64,000 nt of DNA from Paludibacteraceae bacterium (GTDB lineage: Bacteria; Bacteroidota; Bacteroidia; Bacteroidales; Paludibacteraceae). Each line of letters starts with the position of its first letter. Positions within the stretch are counted from its first letter, which is position 1. Location: contig JAEESF010000009.1 of assembly GCA_016286205.1 (NCBI GenBank), positions 15,314-79,313 on the forward strand. The letters are read 5' to 3'. The position numbers and the translations under genes were made by a program. Positions 46,555-56,738 of the stretch are shown piece after piece. The notes beneath the pieces were generated by a model. That model saw only the letters and a program-made list of their open reading frames with translations, made no database searches and was not told the DNA's origin.

Positions 46555-46586
46555 TTTGCATATGTCAGAAATTTGTTGTACTTTTG
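46555..46586 (+). promoter_or_regulatory. Promoter cassette for the lptD-like gene (-33 TTTGCA, -7 TACTTTTG)
   Basis: The sequence is TTTGcatatgtcagaaatttgttgTACTTTTGcagg. Confidence 0.7.
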
Positions 46587-46657
46587 CAGGCTAATTTGGC
46601 GTATTGTGCGCATATGCGCTCGCGTTCGGTCAAGAAATCGTACCGACAAAAGAAAGA

Positions 46658-49477
46658 ATGGCCATACGGTTTAGACATATTATCCTGCTAGTTACCCTAC
46701 TCTGCTCTATAGCGGTGTGGGGACAGAATGATAGTATACCTGCATCAACGCCAGATAGCACATCGACGATTGCCGCAGATACGACGCAGCAAGCAGAGAC
46801 GCCGAAAGCAAAGCCGCAGCCACGCTCGAGCGGAGACATCAAGTCGCCTATTCATTATCAGGCTAGCGACTCGATGGTGATGACCAGAAACGGAACCGCC
46901 TATCTGCACGGCAAAGGTGAACTGAAATACGAAAACATGGAGCTGACCAGCGCTTACATCCGAATGAACATGGACAGCAGTCAGATCTATGCCCGTGGCG
47001 TGCTAGATACCGTCAGCGAAGAAGTAACCGGAAAGCCTGTCTTCAAAGACGGCAAAGACAGTTACGAATCGAGCGAGATAACCTACAACATCAAGACGCA
47101 GAAGGGTTATATCCGTCGCGTGGTAACGCAGCAAGGCGAAGGATACATCATGGCCGACAAGACCAAGAAAGCCGATGACGACGTGATGATGATGGCCGGT
47201 GGACAATATACCACCTGCGATAACCACGACCATCCGCACTTCTACCTAAAACTGACGAAAGCAAAAGTCAAACCGGGCGAATACATCGCCACCGGTCCTG
47301 CATATATGGTCGTAGGCGATGTGCCTCTACCACTGGCTATTCCATTCGGATTCTTCCCATTCACAAACAAATACTCGAGCGGTCTGATCATGCCTAACTT
47401 CGGTGACGACTACACGCGAGGTTTGTATCTGAGCGGTTTGGGATACTATTTCGCTATCTGCGATTACCTAGATCTGCAAGTACTGGGCGATATCTACTCG
47501 CGCGGAACATGGGCTGTGCGCGCTCAATCGAAATACGTATGGCGCTACCATTTCTCGGGTAGTCTGAATATCAGTTACCGAAACGATGTGACGGGCGAAC
47601 GTGGTATGCCCGACTACGCGGTAAGCAAGAACTTCCAAGTGCAATGGACGCACACGCAGGACGCGAAAGCCAATCCATACAACTCGTTCTCGGCCAGCGT
47701 TAACTTCGCGACAAGCGGTTACAACCGTAGCAATATCAATAGTTACTACAACGCTAACCTCTACTCAGAGAACACTAAGAGCAGTACGGTCAGCTACACG
47801 CAACGTTTTCCGGAGAGCCCGTGGAGTATCAGCCTGACGGCCAGTCTGACGCAACGAACCAAAGACTCGACTATATCGCTCACGGCTCCGGAACTAGCCG
47901 TCAACATGAGTAGTATCTACCCGTTCAAACTGGCACGCGAAGCCACGCTGAAACGCAAGGGACAAGTACGAACGGGCAAAGAGAAATGGTATGAGAAGAT
48001 CAAGATGAGCTACACTATGAACGGCCGAATAGCTGTCAACAACATCAAGGAGAAAGATTTTGTTCATTCTGATTTCTTCCGCGATTGGCAGACGGGTATC
48101 AAGCATTCGTTGCCTATCAATGCTAGTTTCATGCTATTCAAGTACCTGAGCGTGACGCCTACCATCAACATGACGGACCGTATGTATTTCCAACGTGTGG
48201 ACCGCAATTGGGATGAGGCCCAGCAACAATTGCACATGGACACCACCAATGGATTCTACAACGTATTTGACTTCAACGTGGGACTGAGCATGAGTACGAA
48301 GATATACGGATTCTACACGCCTATCAAGAAACTCTTCCCGAACGGCCGAGTCGAGAAATTCCGCCACGTGCTGACTCCGCGAATCGGATTTACGTTCCAC
48401 CCGGATTTTGAGAAGCGCTATTGGGGGTACTACGGCAGTTACGACCAACCTGTTTACTACAAAGACTCGGTGGATGCGGACGGCATGAAAGTGCCCACCG
48501 GCGAGTTTATACATCAGGTCTATTCGCGATACCCGAACGCTATGTATAGCAATGCGCCGCGAGGTATGTCGGCTACGCTGACGTTTGGTCTGGACCAGAA
48601 CCTGGAGATGAAAATCATCAACAAGGATGATACCACAGGCAAACAGCCGTACAAAGTGGTGAGTCTGATTGATAATTTCGGTATCACAGGCGGATACAAC
48701 TTCGCCGCAGATAGTATGAATTGGAGTAATTTCAACGTCAATCTACGATTGAAATTCCCCAAACTAAACAACTATAGCCTGAACCTGAGCACCTCGCTTG
48801 ACCCGTATATGTACGAGCTGAACGCGCTTGGCAATCCGGTTAGAACCAACAAACAATACTGGAACAATGGCAGAATGCCTCACTGGAACGGTATACGATG
48901 GAGTTTCAGTTACACCATCAGCAACCAGACCATCAAGAAATGGAAGGAGAATGCAGCCAAACGGAGAGGCGAAAAAGTCAACTCGTCTGGCACGAGCGAA
49001 GGAGACGCCAACCTAGAGAGTATAGAGAAGGGCGAGGATGGCATGGACAAGAACGCCAAACTGGATAGCAAGAAAGAGACGGAAGTGGATGATGGCTATG
49101 TCAAGACTGATTTCCCGTGGAGCCTGAGTATCAACTACTCGCTCGCATACGCATCAGGAAGCACCTTCGACTACGAGAAAATGTACTATAAGATGCAATT
49201 TACCAACAACCTGAGTCTGAGCGGAAATATCGGTCTGGGCAAAGGATGGAAAGTAAGTGCCTCGATGAGTTACGACTTCACGCACATGGCGCTGACCAGT
49301 TGTACATTCAACGTCAGCCGTGACCTACACTGCTGGAATATGTCAGCCAGCATCAACCCTATCGGGCCATTCAAGAGCTACACATTCCACATAGGCGTGA
49401 ATGCGTCGATCCTGAGCGACCTGAAGTACGATAAGAATAGTAACCAATCCACCAACGCACGTATAGAATGGTGGTAA
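46658..49477 (+). CDS. LPS-assembly protein LptD-like large outer-membrane protein (OstA-like N-terminus)
   Basis: I chose the start at MAIRFRHIILLVTLLCSIAVWGQ. About 939 aa with an OstA-like N-terminal region (IHYQASDSMVMTRNGTAYLHGKGELKYENMELTS) and a long beta-barrel ending IEWW. Confidence 0.75.
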   Translation: MAIRFRHIILLVTLLCSIAVWGQNDSIPASTPDSTSTIAADTTQQAETPKAKPQPRSSGDIKSPIHYQASDSMVMTRNGTAYLHGKGELKYENMELTSAYIRMNMDSSQIYARGVLDTVSEEVTGKPVFKDGKDSYESSEITYNIKTQKGYIRRVVTQQGEGYIMADKTKKADDDVMMMAGGQYTTCDNHDHPHFYLKLTKAKVKPGEYIATGPAYMVVGDVPLPLAIPFGFFPFTNKYSSGLIMPNFGDDYTRGLYLSGLGYYFAICDYLDLQVLGDIYSRGTWAVRAQSKYVWRYHFSGSLNISYRNDVTGERGMPDYAVSKNFQVQWTHTQDAKANPYNSFSASVNFATSGYNRSNINSYYNANLYSENTKSSTVSYTQRFPESPWSISLTASLTQRTKDSTISLTAPELAVNMSSIYPFKLAREATLKRKGQVRTGKEKWYEKIKMSYTMNGRIAVNNIKEKDFVHSDFFRDWQTGIKHSLPINASFMLFKYLSVTPTINMTDRMYFQRVDRNWDEAQQQLHMDTTNGFYNVFDFNVGLSMSTKIYGFYTPIKKLFPNGRVEKFRHVLTPRIGFTFHPDFEKRYWGYYGSYDQPVYYKDSVDADGMKVPTGEFIHQVYSRYPNAMYSNAPRGMSATLTFGLDQNLEMKIINKDDTTGKQPYKVVSLIDNFGITGGYNFAADSMNWSNFNVNLRLKFPKLNNYSLNLSTSLDPYMYELNALGNPVRTNKQYWNNGRMPHWNGIRWSFSYTISNQTIKKWKENAAKRRGEKVNSSGTSEGDANLESIEKGEDGMDKNAKLDSKKETEVDDGYVKTDFPWSLSINYSLAYASGSTFDYEKMYYKMQFTNNLSLSGNIGLGKGWKVSASMSYDFTHMALTSCTFNVSRDLHCWNMSASINPIGPFKSYTFHIGVNASILSDLKYDKNSNQSTNARIEWW

Positions 49478-49491
49478 ACACAAACAGAAAT

Positions 49492-50070
49492 ATGATAGAA
49501 TTTCACAAAGTAGTAAGTGCCACGTACGAATTGTATATTGCGGACGAGAATGGCAAAGAAGAATTGATGGAGCGCGCTAAGGAAGAAACTCCGCTAGTAT
49601 GGTGTCAAGGCGAGAACATGATGCTGCCTGCATTCGAGGCAGCCATGGCAGGAAAAGAAGTGGGCGACGACTTCGATTTTGTGCTAAAAGCCGCAGATGC
49701 ATATGGCAAGTACATACAAGAAGGACTGATGGATCTGCCTAAGACGATGTTCTTCAACGGCGATGGCGAGTTTGATGCAGAGCGTGTATATGTAGGAGCC
49801 ATTGTACCAATGAATACAGTAGATGGGCAAATCGTCAAAGCACAAGTATGCGAAGTGACAGACGATAAGGTGACGATTGATCTCAACCACCCGTATGCGG
49901 GAGAAGACCTGCATTTCAAGGGAAAAATCATCGACATACGCGATGTAACGGAGGGCGAACTGAAAGCCATGCATCATCGTGGATGCGGCAAGTGTCATAG
50001 CCATTGCGGGCAAGATGCTTGCGAGAGTGATTGCAACTCTTGCGATAAAGGATGCGGAAAATGCAAATAA
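49492..50070 (+). CDS. slyD: FKBP-type peptidyl-prolyl isomerase, SlyD-like, with Cys/His-rich tail
   Basis: I chose the start at MIEFHKVVSATYELY. It has an IF-domain insertion, DLNHPYAGEDLHFKGKIIDIR, and the tail HHRGCGKCHSHCGQDACESDCNSCDKGCGKCK. Confidence 0.8.
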   Translation: MIEFHKVVSATYELYIADENGKEELMERAKEETPLVWCQGENMMLPAFEAAMAGKEVGDDFDFVLKAADAYGKYIQEGLMDLPKTMFFNGDGEFDAERVYVGAIVPMNTVDGQIVKAQVCEVTDDKVTIDLNHPYAGEDLHFKGKIIDIRDVTEGELKAMHHRGCGKCHSHCGQDACESDCNSCDKGCGKCK

Positions 50071-50100
50071 ATAACATATAACTCAAATTTTTATAATTCT

Positions 50101-51414
50101 ATGGCGAATATCGTGGCTATAGTGGGTCGTCCCAATGTAGGGAAATCGACTCTATTCAATCGTTTGACAGGCACTCGTCGAGCGATAGTAATGAATACGG
50201 CAGGCACCACGCGTGACCGTCAGTACGGCAAAGCCGAATGGTGCGGACGTGAGTTCTCGGTGATAGATACCGGAGGATGGGTAGTCAACAGTGATGACAC
50301 GTTCGAGAGCGAAATCAACCGTCAGGTAGATTTGGCTATTCGTGAAGCGGATGTTGTGCTTCTGGTAGTAGATGTGAACGAAGGCGTCACGCAGTTTGAT
50401 ATGGAAGTAGCTCACCTACTCCGCCAAGCCAAGAAACCGACTATCCTGGCCGTCAACAAAGTGGATACGTTTGAGAACCAATACGGTGCTGCTGAGTTCT
50501 ACAAACTCGGACTAGGCGAACCGTTTATCGTTTCTGCCGAGAATGGTCTGGGAACAGGCGACCTACTGGACGAAGTAGTCAGCCGATTCCGCAAGACAGA
50601 TGATGGCGAGGAGATAGAAGACCTACCCCGTTTTGCGATTGTTGGTCGTCCTAATGCCGGCAAATCGAGCATACTAAACGCCTTTATCGGCGAAGAGCGA
50701 ACCATCGTGACAGATATTCCGGGCACCACGCGGGACTCGATTTATACACGTTACAACAAGTTCGGCAAGGATTTCTATCTGGTCGATACGGCAGGTATTC
50801 GCAAGAAAGCCAAAGTAACGGAAGATCAGGAGTACTACTCTGTAGTACGCAGTATTCGCGCGATAGAGAACAGCGATGTGTGCATCTTGATGATAGACGC
50901 CACACGCGGCATCGAGGCACAAGACCTGAATATCTATTCGCTGATACAGAAGAACAAGAAGGGACTGGTGGTTTGCGTCAACAAATGGGATCTGGTAGAG
51001 AACAAAACGAATAGGGATATCAAAGGTTACGAAGCCGCTATTCGCGAACGTATCGCACCATTCACCGATTTCCCGATTATCTTTACCAGTGCGCTGACCA
51101 AACAGCGTATCTACAAAGTGGTGGAGACTGCCATCCATGTGTACGAGAACAAAAACAAAAAAGTTCCTACGGCACAACTGAACGATAAGTTCCTTCCGCT
51201 GATAGAGAACTATCCGCCACCTGCAACCAAGGGAAAATACATCAAGATAAAATACTGTACCCAATTGCCGAATACGCAGATCCCTACATTTGTGTTCTTC
51301 GCCAATCTGCCGCAATACGTCAAAGAACCGTATCGCCGATTCCTAGAAAACAAACTGCGCGAGTGGTGGGATTTCACGGGAACACCCGTACAGCTGTTCA
51401 TACGAGCAAAATGA
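50101..51414 (+). CDS. der: Ribosome-biogenesis GTPase Der (EngA)
   Basis: 437 aa with two G domains ([14 protein letters not shown]; [14 protein letters not shown]) and a C-terminal KH-like domain. Confidence 0.95.
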   Translation: MANIVAIVGRPNVGKSTLFNRLTGTRRAIVMNTAGTTRDRQYGKAEWCGREFSVIDTGGWVVNSDDTFESEINRQVDLAIREADVVLLVVDVNEGVTQFDMEVAHLLRQAKKPTILAVNKVDTFENQYGAAEFYKLGLGEPFIVSAENGLGTGDLLDEVVSRFRKTDDGEEIEDLPRFAIVGRPNAGKSSILNAFIGEERTIVTDIPGTTRDSIYTRYNKFGKDFYLVDTAGIRKKAKVTEDQEYYSVVRSIRAIENSDVCILMIDATRGIEAQDLNIYSLIQKNKKGLVVCVNKWDLVENKTNRDIKGYEAAIRERIAPFTDFPIIFTSALTKQRIYKVVETAIHVYENKNKKVPTAQLNDKFLPLIENYPPPATKGKYIKIKYCTQLPNTQIPTFVFFANLPQYVKEPYRRFLENKLREWWDFTGTPVQLFIRAK

Positions 51415-51463
51415 TAGCAGAAAGAGCAAATTTTAAGAAAAAGTTCTACTTTTTTCTTAGAAA

Positions 51464-51495
51464 CTTGCGTATATCGAAAAAAAGCAGTACTTTTG
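51464..51495 (+). promoter_or_regulatory. Promoter cassette for ORF 51506 / porU (-33 TTGCGT, -7 TACTTTTG)
   Basis: The sequence is cTTGcgtatatcgaaaaaaagcagTACTTTTGtg. Confidence 0.7.
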
Positions 51496-51505
51496 TGAGC
51501 CATTT

Positions 51506-52036
51506 ATGAAAATAATCGGGTTTGTATATCGAAATGGTAGCAGCAACCTAGTGCTAAAAGGCGACTCGTGTCTGCTGAATGGTCGCAAACCACTGTTCAT
51601 TCCCGACTGGACGGAAGAACCGGTTTATACGCCGTGCATGATACTTCGCATCAGTCGTTTGGGCAAGGAGATAGCTGCGCGCTTTGCAGACAGATATTAC
51701 GATGCCATTGCTCCGGGATTGGATTTTACCGCCGAAGACCTATTGCGAAAAGCGCAAGTCGAGGGTGGTAGTTGGACTGAGGCTATCGCATTCGATTATT
51801 CGCTAGCCATAGGAGAATGGGGAGAGAAAGAAGGCTGGCAGATAGATGAATGGCGAGAAACGGAATGGGTGATGACTCCGGAAGAGGCCATAGAAAGGGC
51901 TAGCCGAGTGATGACCATTCGTCAGGGCGACCTGATATACATACCTGCCAAACAAGCGCCCCAACGCATAGAACGCGACCAGATAATACGCGCTACGCAG
52001 CAAGGCGAAGAGAAACTATATTGCAAAATCAAGTGA
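51506..52036 (+). CDS. Conserved hypothetical protein (176 aa), possibly FAH-fold related
   Basis: ORF overlapping the porU start by 16 nt. The weak resemblance (NGRKPLFIPDW...ILRISRLGK) to the fumarylacetoacetase-like fold is from memory only. Confidence 0.55.
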   Translation: MKIIGFVYRNGSSNLVLKGDSCLLNGRKPLFIPDWTEEPVYTPCMILRISRLGKEIAARFADRYYDAIAPGLDFTAEDLLRKAQVEGGSWTEAIAFDYSLAIGEWGEKEGWQIDEWRETEWVMTPEEAIERASRVMTIRQGDLIYIPAKQAPQRIERDQIIRATQQGEEKLYCKIK

Positions 52037-55000
52037 GACGACATCTGTACATATTGCTGCTATGGGTAATGAGCCTACCTCTCTACGCAGGCATTCATAC
52101 CTATACTGACCAGTCGGTTCTGAGTCAGGGCAAATGGGTAAAGATTCGCGTGAGCGAGTCGGGTGTATGCCGTATGACTTTCAGTCAACTAGAACAGGCA
52201 GGTCTCACACCTCAGCAACTTCGCGTCTTCGGCTACGGAGGAGCAATGCTGGAACAGAATTTCACGAAAAAGAAAATAGACGATCTGCCTCAAGTGCCTG
52301 TTTATATTGGTTCGGACTACGTATTATTCTGGGTACAAGGCCCAATCAGTTGGTCATACGCAGATGGGCAATTCACACATAAGCGCAATATCTATTCCGA
52401 TTATGGCTACTATTTCCTGACCGACAATGTCGGTAGCGTACTGACTCCGCAGACGGCAGAGGCAATAACCGGTACGCCAACAGATGTAAGCACTTATTTG
52501 ATGCATCAGGTACACGAGAAAGATTCTGTCAACCTAGTAGACCGTGCGGGAGTTAGCGGAGGTGGACGTGAGTTCTACGGTGAGCAATTCAACAACGGAC
52601 AAAGTCGCACCTTCTCGTTCTCTACGCCGAATGCGCTAACTAGCGAGAAAGCACAACTGACTGTTTCCGTAGCCGCCTACTCGCCTGCGGCATCCTATTT
52701 CAGCACCAGTCTGAATAATACCGCTATTAGTACACGCGTAGAGGCCGTGCCTGCCAGCGATTTCTACACCATGGCCAAGACGGCAGTTTCGACCACAAAG
52801 AACAACGCTGCTAGCGGTGCACAACAAATAAAATTAACATTCCAAAACAGTACGTCCGGTTCGTTAGGATGGCTTAACTATCTAGAACTGGTTACTCCGT
52901 GTGCATTAAGCATGAACGGCAGTTGGATGAGTCTGCGCACGAATGTTAACTATAATACCTCTACTCCTGTTCGTTTCCATCTGAACAATGCCGCAGGGCG
53001 TATACAGATATGGGATATCACAGACCTGAGCCACATCGTACGCATGCCAACAGAACTAGAGGGAAGCGAGATGCAATGGACAGGCACACAGGCAGATGGC
53101 ATACACGAGTATGTTGCCGTTGACCCACAAGGAAGCAAATGGGTAGAGGCACAAGTGGTAGGCACCGTGAGCAATCAGAATCTGCACCGCCTACGTAACA
53201 TTGACTATGTGATTATTTGTCCTGTCGGTTACGAGAGTTATGCCAAGACCTTGGCTCAAGCCCATCAAGCTAAAGAAGGTATCACCTGGGCCGTAGTGAC
53301 CGACAAGCAAGTATATAACGAATTCTCGTCCGGAACACCGGACGCCACGGCTTACCGTTGGCTAATGAAAATGCTCTACGACCGTGCGGATGGCGTTAAT
53401 GCCAAGCCACGATGGTTGCTGCTGATGGGACATGGCACGTTTGACAACCGCAAACTGTTACCTAATTCGGGACTAAGCCTGCTACTGAGCTACGAAGCGC
53501 AGAATTCTGTCAACGAAGTATCAGCCTATGCAACAGATGACTATTTCGGATTCTTGGACGATAGCGAAGGAGCTATCGATACAGCAGGACGAATGGATAT
53601 CGGTGTTGGCCGACTGCCGGTAGGCAACGAAGAAGAAGCACGACTGGTGGTGGATAAACTGGTTAACTATATACGCAACGAGCAACCGGGCAAATGGAAG
53701 AACCAGATTATTTTCCTGGCTGATGATGGCGAGAACGGAGCTCACACTTTGACAGCCGAAGGCGGAGCAGAACAAGTACGTCTGAAGAATCCGGACTTCA
53801 TCGTCAACAAGATCTATCTGGATGCTTATCCTCAAGAGGTCAATGCCAGTGGCGAGAGTTATCCGCTAGCCAAGAACCGCCTGGACAACTTGCTGAAAAA
53901 CGGTGTGCTATTCTTCGACTATTCCGGCCACGGTGGATATAATGCCATTTCCAGTGAGGGAATGCTTACGCTGAGAGAGATAGAAGCCATGACCAATCGC
54001 AATCATGCTTTCTGGATGTTTGCTACTTGTAGTTTCGCTCATTGCGATGCAGGCAAGCGTTCGGCAGCAGAAGCCGCCGTACTCAATCCGGTCGGAGGTG
54101 CGATAGGCGTTCTGTCGGCTACACGTACTGTGTATGCTAACCAGAATACTATACTCAACCGCAACGTATGCGACACGCTGTTTGGCCACACGAACGCATA
54201 TCACTACGATATGACGCTAGGCGAAGCCACAGCAGCGGGTAAGAACCGTACAGGCAACGACATGAACAAGATGGCCTACATACTGTTAGGTGATCCGGCC
54301 ATGCGACTGAATTATCCGACTACGTATCAGGTAGCAACCACAACCGAGATTGACACTCTGCGTGCACTTAGCATCCAACAAGTGGAAGGACAAATCATAG
54401 ACGAGGACGACGATGTAGTGAGCAATTTCAATGGGCTAGTGGATATCACTATCTACGATAAACTACAAGTCATCCGTACCCGCGACAACGATGCGCCGGC
54501 CGGTGCGGAAGAAAACCTGGAATACAACGACTATCCCAATGTGCTCTATACCGGAAAAGCCGAGGTAACAGACGGACAGTTCCAATATACGTTCATGGTT
54601 CCGAAAGATATTCGCTACAACTATGGGAATGGCCGTATAGTATATTATGCATACACTACCGACTCGCTAGAACTGATGGAAGCAGTTGGGCACTATGAAG
54701 ATTTCATCGTTGGCGGTACAGGTAATATGCTATCGGCAGATACAGTTGGACCACAAATGACTATCTATCTGAATACTCCTGCATTCCGCAACGGAGACAA
54801 GACATATGCCACTCCGCGGTTCTTCGCAGACCTGTATGACGAGAACGGTATCAACACTGCGGGGGCGGGTATTGGTCACGACCTGATGATGATTATAGAC
54901 GACAATCCGAAGATGACCTACGCGCTCAACGAATATTTTACTGCAGCAAATGGCAGTTACCAGGCCGGTCAGGTCAGCTATCTAATGGAAGCATTGGGGG

Positions 55001-55380
55001 ATGGTCCGCACAGCCTGACCTTCCGCGCGTGGGATATGCTGAACAACAGTACCACCCAATCGCTGAATTTCGTAGTAGAAGCGGGATTGGATCCTTCTAT
55101 CTACTCGGTAACTACCTACCCTAATCCGGTAGAGCAAACAGGCATAGTAAACCTGGTTGTCAACTATGACCAACCGGATGAACTCATCTCCACTGAGTTG
55201 TACCTATTCAATATGAGCGGCCAACTGATGTGGAGCCATACACAAGACAATCCAGACCAAGTACAGATTCCGTTAGCACAAATTGGCTTGCAACCGGGAA
55301 TCTATATGTACAACATACGTATCAAATCGGCTACTAGCAAATATAGCATGACAGCCGGCAAAATAATTGTAACTAAATAA
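52021..55380 (+). CDS. porU: Type IX secretion system sortase PorU (C25 gingipain-like peptidase)
   Basis: 1119 aa with a signal peptide and a C25 catalytic region (FFDYSGHGGYN ... FWMFATCSFAHCD, His/Cys dyad context). It has a C-terminal beta-sandwich and sits next to porV. Confidence 0.85.
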   Translation: MQNQVRRHLYILLLWVMSLPLYAGIHTYTDQSVLSQGKWVKIRVSESGVCRMTFSQLEQAGLTPQQLRVFGYGGAMLEQNFTKKKIDDLPQVPVYIGSDYVLFWVQGPISWSYADGQFTHKRNIYSDYGYYFLTDNVGSVLTPQTAEAITGTPTDVSTYLMHQVHEKDSVNLVDRAGVSGGGREFYGEQFNNGQSRTFSFSTPNALTSEKAQLTVSVAAYSPAASYFSTSLNNTAISTRVEAVPASDFYTMAKTAVSTTKNNAASGAQQIKLTFQNSTSGSLGWLNYLELVTPCALSMNGSWMSLRTNVNYNTSTPVRFHLNNAAGRIQIWDITDLSHIVRMPTELEGSEMQWTGTQADGIHEYVAVDPQGSKWVEAQVVGTVSNQNLHRLRNIDYVIICPVGYESYAKTLAQAHQAKEGITWAVVTDKQVYNEFSSGTPDATAYRWLMKMLYDRADGVNAKPRWLLLMGHGTFDNRKLLPNSGLSLLLSYEAQNSVNEVSAYATDDYFGFLDDSEGAIDTAGRMDIGVGRLPVGNEEEARLVVDKLVNYIRNEQPGKWKNQIIFLADDGENGAHTLTAEGGAEQVRLKNPDFIVNKIYLDAYPQEVNASGESYPLAKNRLDNLLKNGVLFFDYSGHGGYNAISSEGMLTLREIEAMTNRNHAFWMFATCSFAHCDAGKRSAAEAAVLNPVGGAIGVLSATRTVYANQNTILNRNVCDTLFGHTNAYHYDMTLGEATAAGKNRTGNDMNKMAYILLGDPAMRLNYPTTYQVATTTEIDTLRALSIQQVEGQIIDEDDDVVSNFNGLVDITIYDKLQVIRTRDNDAPAGAEENLEYNDYPNVLYTGKAEVTDGQFQYTFMVPKDIRYNYGNGRIVYYAYTTDSLELMEAVGHYEDFIVGGTGNMLSADTVGPQMTIYLNTPAFRNGDKTYATPRFFADLYDENGINTAGAGIGHDLMMIIDDNPKMTYALNEYFTAANGSYQAGQVSYLMEALGDGPHSLTFRAWDMLNNSTTQSLNFVVEAGLDPSIYSVTTYPNPVEQTGIVNLVVNYDQPDELISTELYLFNMSGQLMWSHTQDNPDQVQIPLAQIGLQPGIYMYNIRIKSATSKYSMTAGKIIVTK

Positions 55381-55478
55381 AAAAGTATCACATACAAAAA
55401 AGTCTGTTTAACGCCTATGAAGCAAATCGCTGAATAAACAAAACAAAAGAACGTAAACTAAAAAATCAACATAAACAA

Positions 55479-56672
55479 ATGAAAAAGATTATTATTTCCC
55501 TCGCTGCAGTATTGTGCGTGACGCTCACTACTCAAGCGGAACAACAAATGAACCCGGTAATTACGGCAATGCCTTCACTCTCTATTGCGCCAGACGCTCG
55601 TTCGGCCGGTTTAGGTGATATAGGTGTGGCTACAGAGGCAGATTTCAATTCGCAATATTGGAATCCTGCTAAGTACGCCTATATGTATAGCAAGGGTGGT
55701 ATTACCGCTAACTATACGCCATGGTTGCGTAAATTGGTAGGCGACATTGACCTCGCTTATCTGGCCGGATTCTACAATTTTGGTGACCTAGCTGGTGGTA
55801 TTGGTGCCAGTTTTACCTATTTCTCGATGGGTGATGTGGCTCTAACTGACATGAGCGGAACCAAACTGCAAGATGTTCGTCCTAACGAGTGGGCACTCGA
55901 TGTCAGCTATTTCCGTAAACTACATGAGTACGTATCTATGTCGGTTGCCGTTCGTTTCCTCTATTCGGACCTGAACAACGGTTACAATAGTTCAATCGGT
56001 GGTGGTACGGAGATGCACCCTGCATGGACTATGGCTGCAGACATTGCCCTCTACTATCGTCAACCGTTTGAGTTGCCGATGGGAACCAGTCACTTGGCCG
56101 TAGGTTTCACATTGAAGAACCTAGGTGGTAAGATGAACTACGCAGACGATGGTAGCAGCAACTTTATTCCTGCTAGCGGAAATCTGGGTGTTAGCTACGA
56201 ATTGCCTTGCGACAAGTACAACTTCCTGACCTTCAGCTTGGAGACCAACAAACTTTTGGTTCCGACTCGTAAGTCGAAATATACCGAAGGCTTTGATCCA
56301 AACGATGACACCACATGGCAAATGAGCCAAACGGCTTATTCTGAGCTTAACTCTGCTAAAGGTTGGTTCCAATCGTTAGGCGATGCTCCTCTAGGCGCAA
56401 AAGAAGAGTTCCAAGAGGTTCGTTGGGGTGCGGGTATCGAGTATTCGTACAACAAGCAGTTCTTTGCTCGTGCAGGTTACAGCTACGAGAACTACTACAA
56501 AGGTAACCGTAACGTATTGACCTTCGGTGCAGGTTTCCACTTGTCTATCGTTACCTTCGACTTCTCTTACTGCGTAGGTCTAGCAGCTACTAACCCATTG
56601 GATCAGACCATGCGTTTCACGCTTGGCTTCGACCTGGCCGGTATCAAGGATTTGGTTAACAACAAGAAGTAA
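55479..56672 (+). CDS. porV: Type IX secretion system outer-membrane shuttle protein PorV (LptO)
   Basis: 397 aa with a signal peptide and SIAPDARSAGLGDIGVAT near the N-terminus. It is a FadL-like barrel immediately downstream of porU. Confidence 0.85.
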   Translation: MKKIIISLAAVLCVTLTTQAEQQMNPVITAMPSLSIAPDARSAGLGDIGVATEADFNSQYWNPAKYAYMYSKGGITANYTPWLRKLVGDIDLAYLAGFYNFGDLAGGIGASFTYFSMGDVALTDMSGTKLQDVRPNEWALDVSYFRKLHEYVSMSVAVRFLYSDLNNGYNSSIGGGTEMHPAWTMAADIALYYRQPFELPMGTSHLAVGFTLKNLGGKMNYADDGSSNFIPASGNLGVSYELPCDKYNFLTFSLETNKLLVPTRKSKYTEGFDPNDDTTWQMSQTAYSELNSAKGWFQSLGDAPLGAKEEFQEVRWGAGIEYSYNKQFFARAGYSYENYYKGNRNVLTFGAGFHLSIVTFDFSYCVGLAATNPLDQTMRFTLGFDLAGIKDLVNNKK

Positions 56673-56680
56673 GTAAGTCA

Positions 56681-56720
56681 ATAGTCGATAGTCGATAGTT
56701 GATAGTCGATAGTCGATAGA
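56681..56720. repeat. 7-bp tandem repeat atagtcg x5.7 just after the porV stop
   Basis: atagtcg atagtcg atagttg atagtcg atagtcg ataga. Confidence 0.95.
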
Positions 56721-56738
56721 TAAAAGATAATAGCGCTT

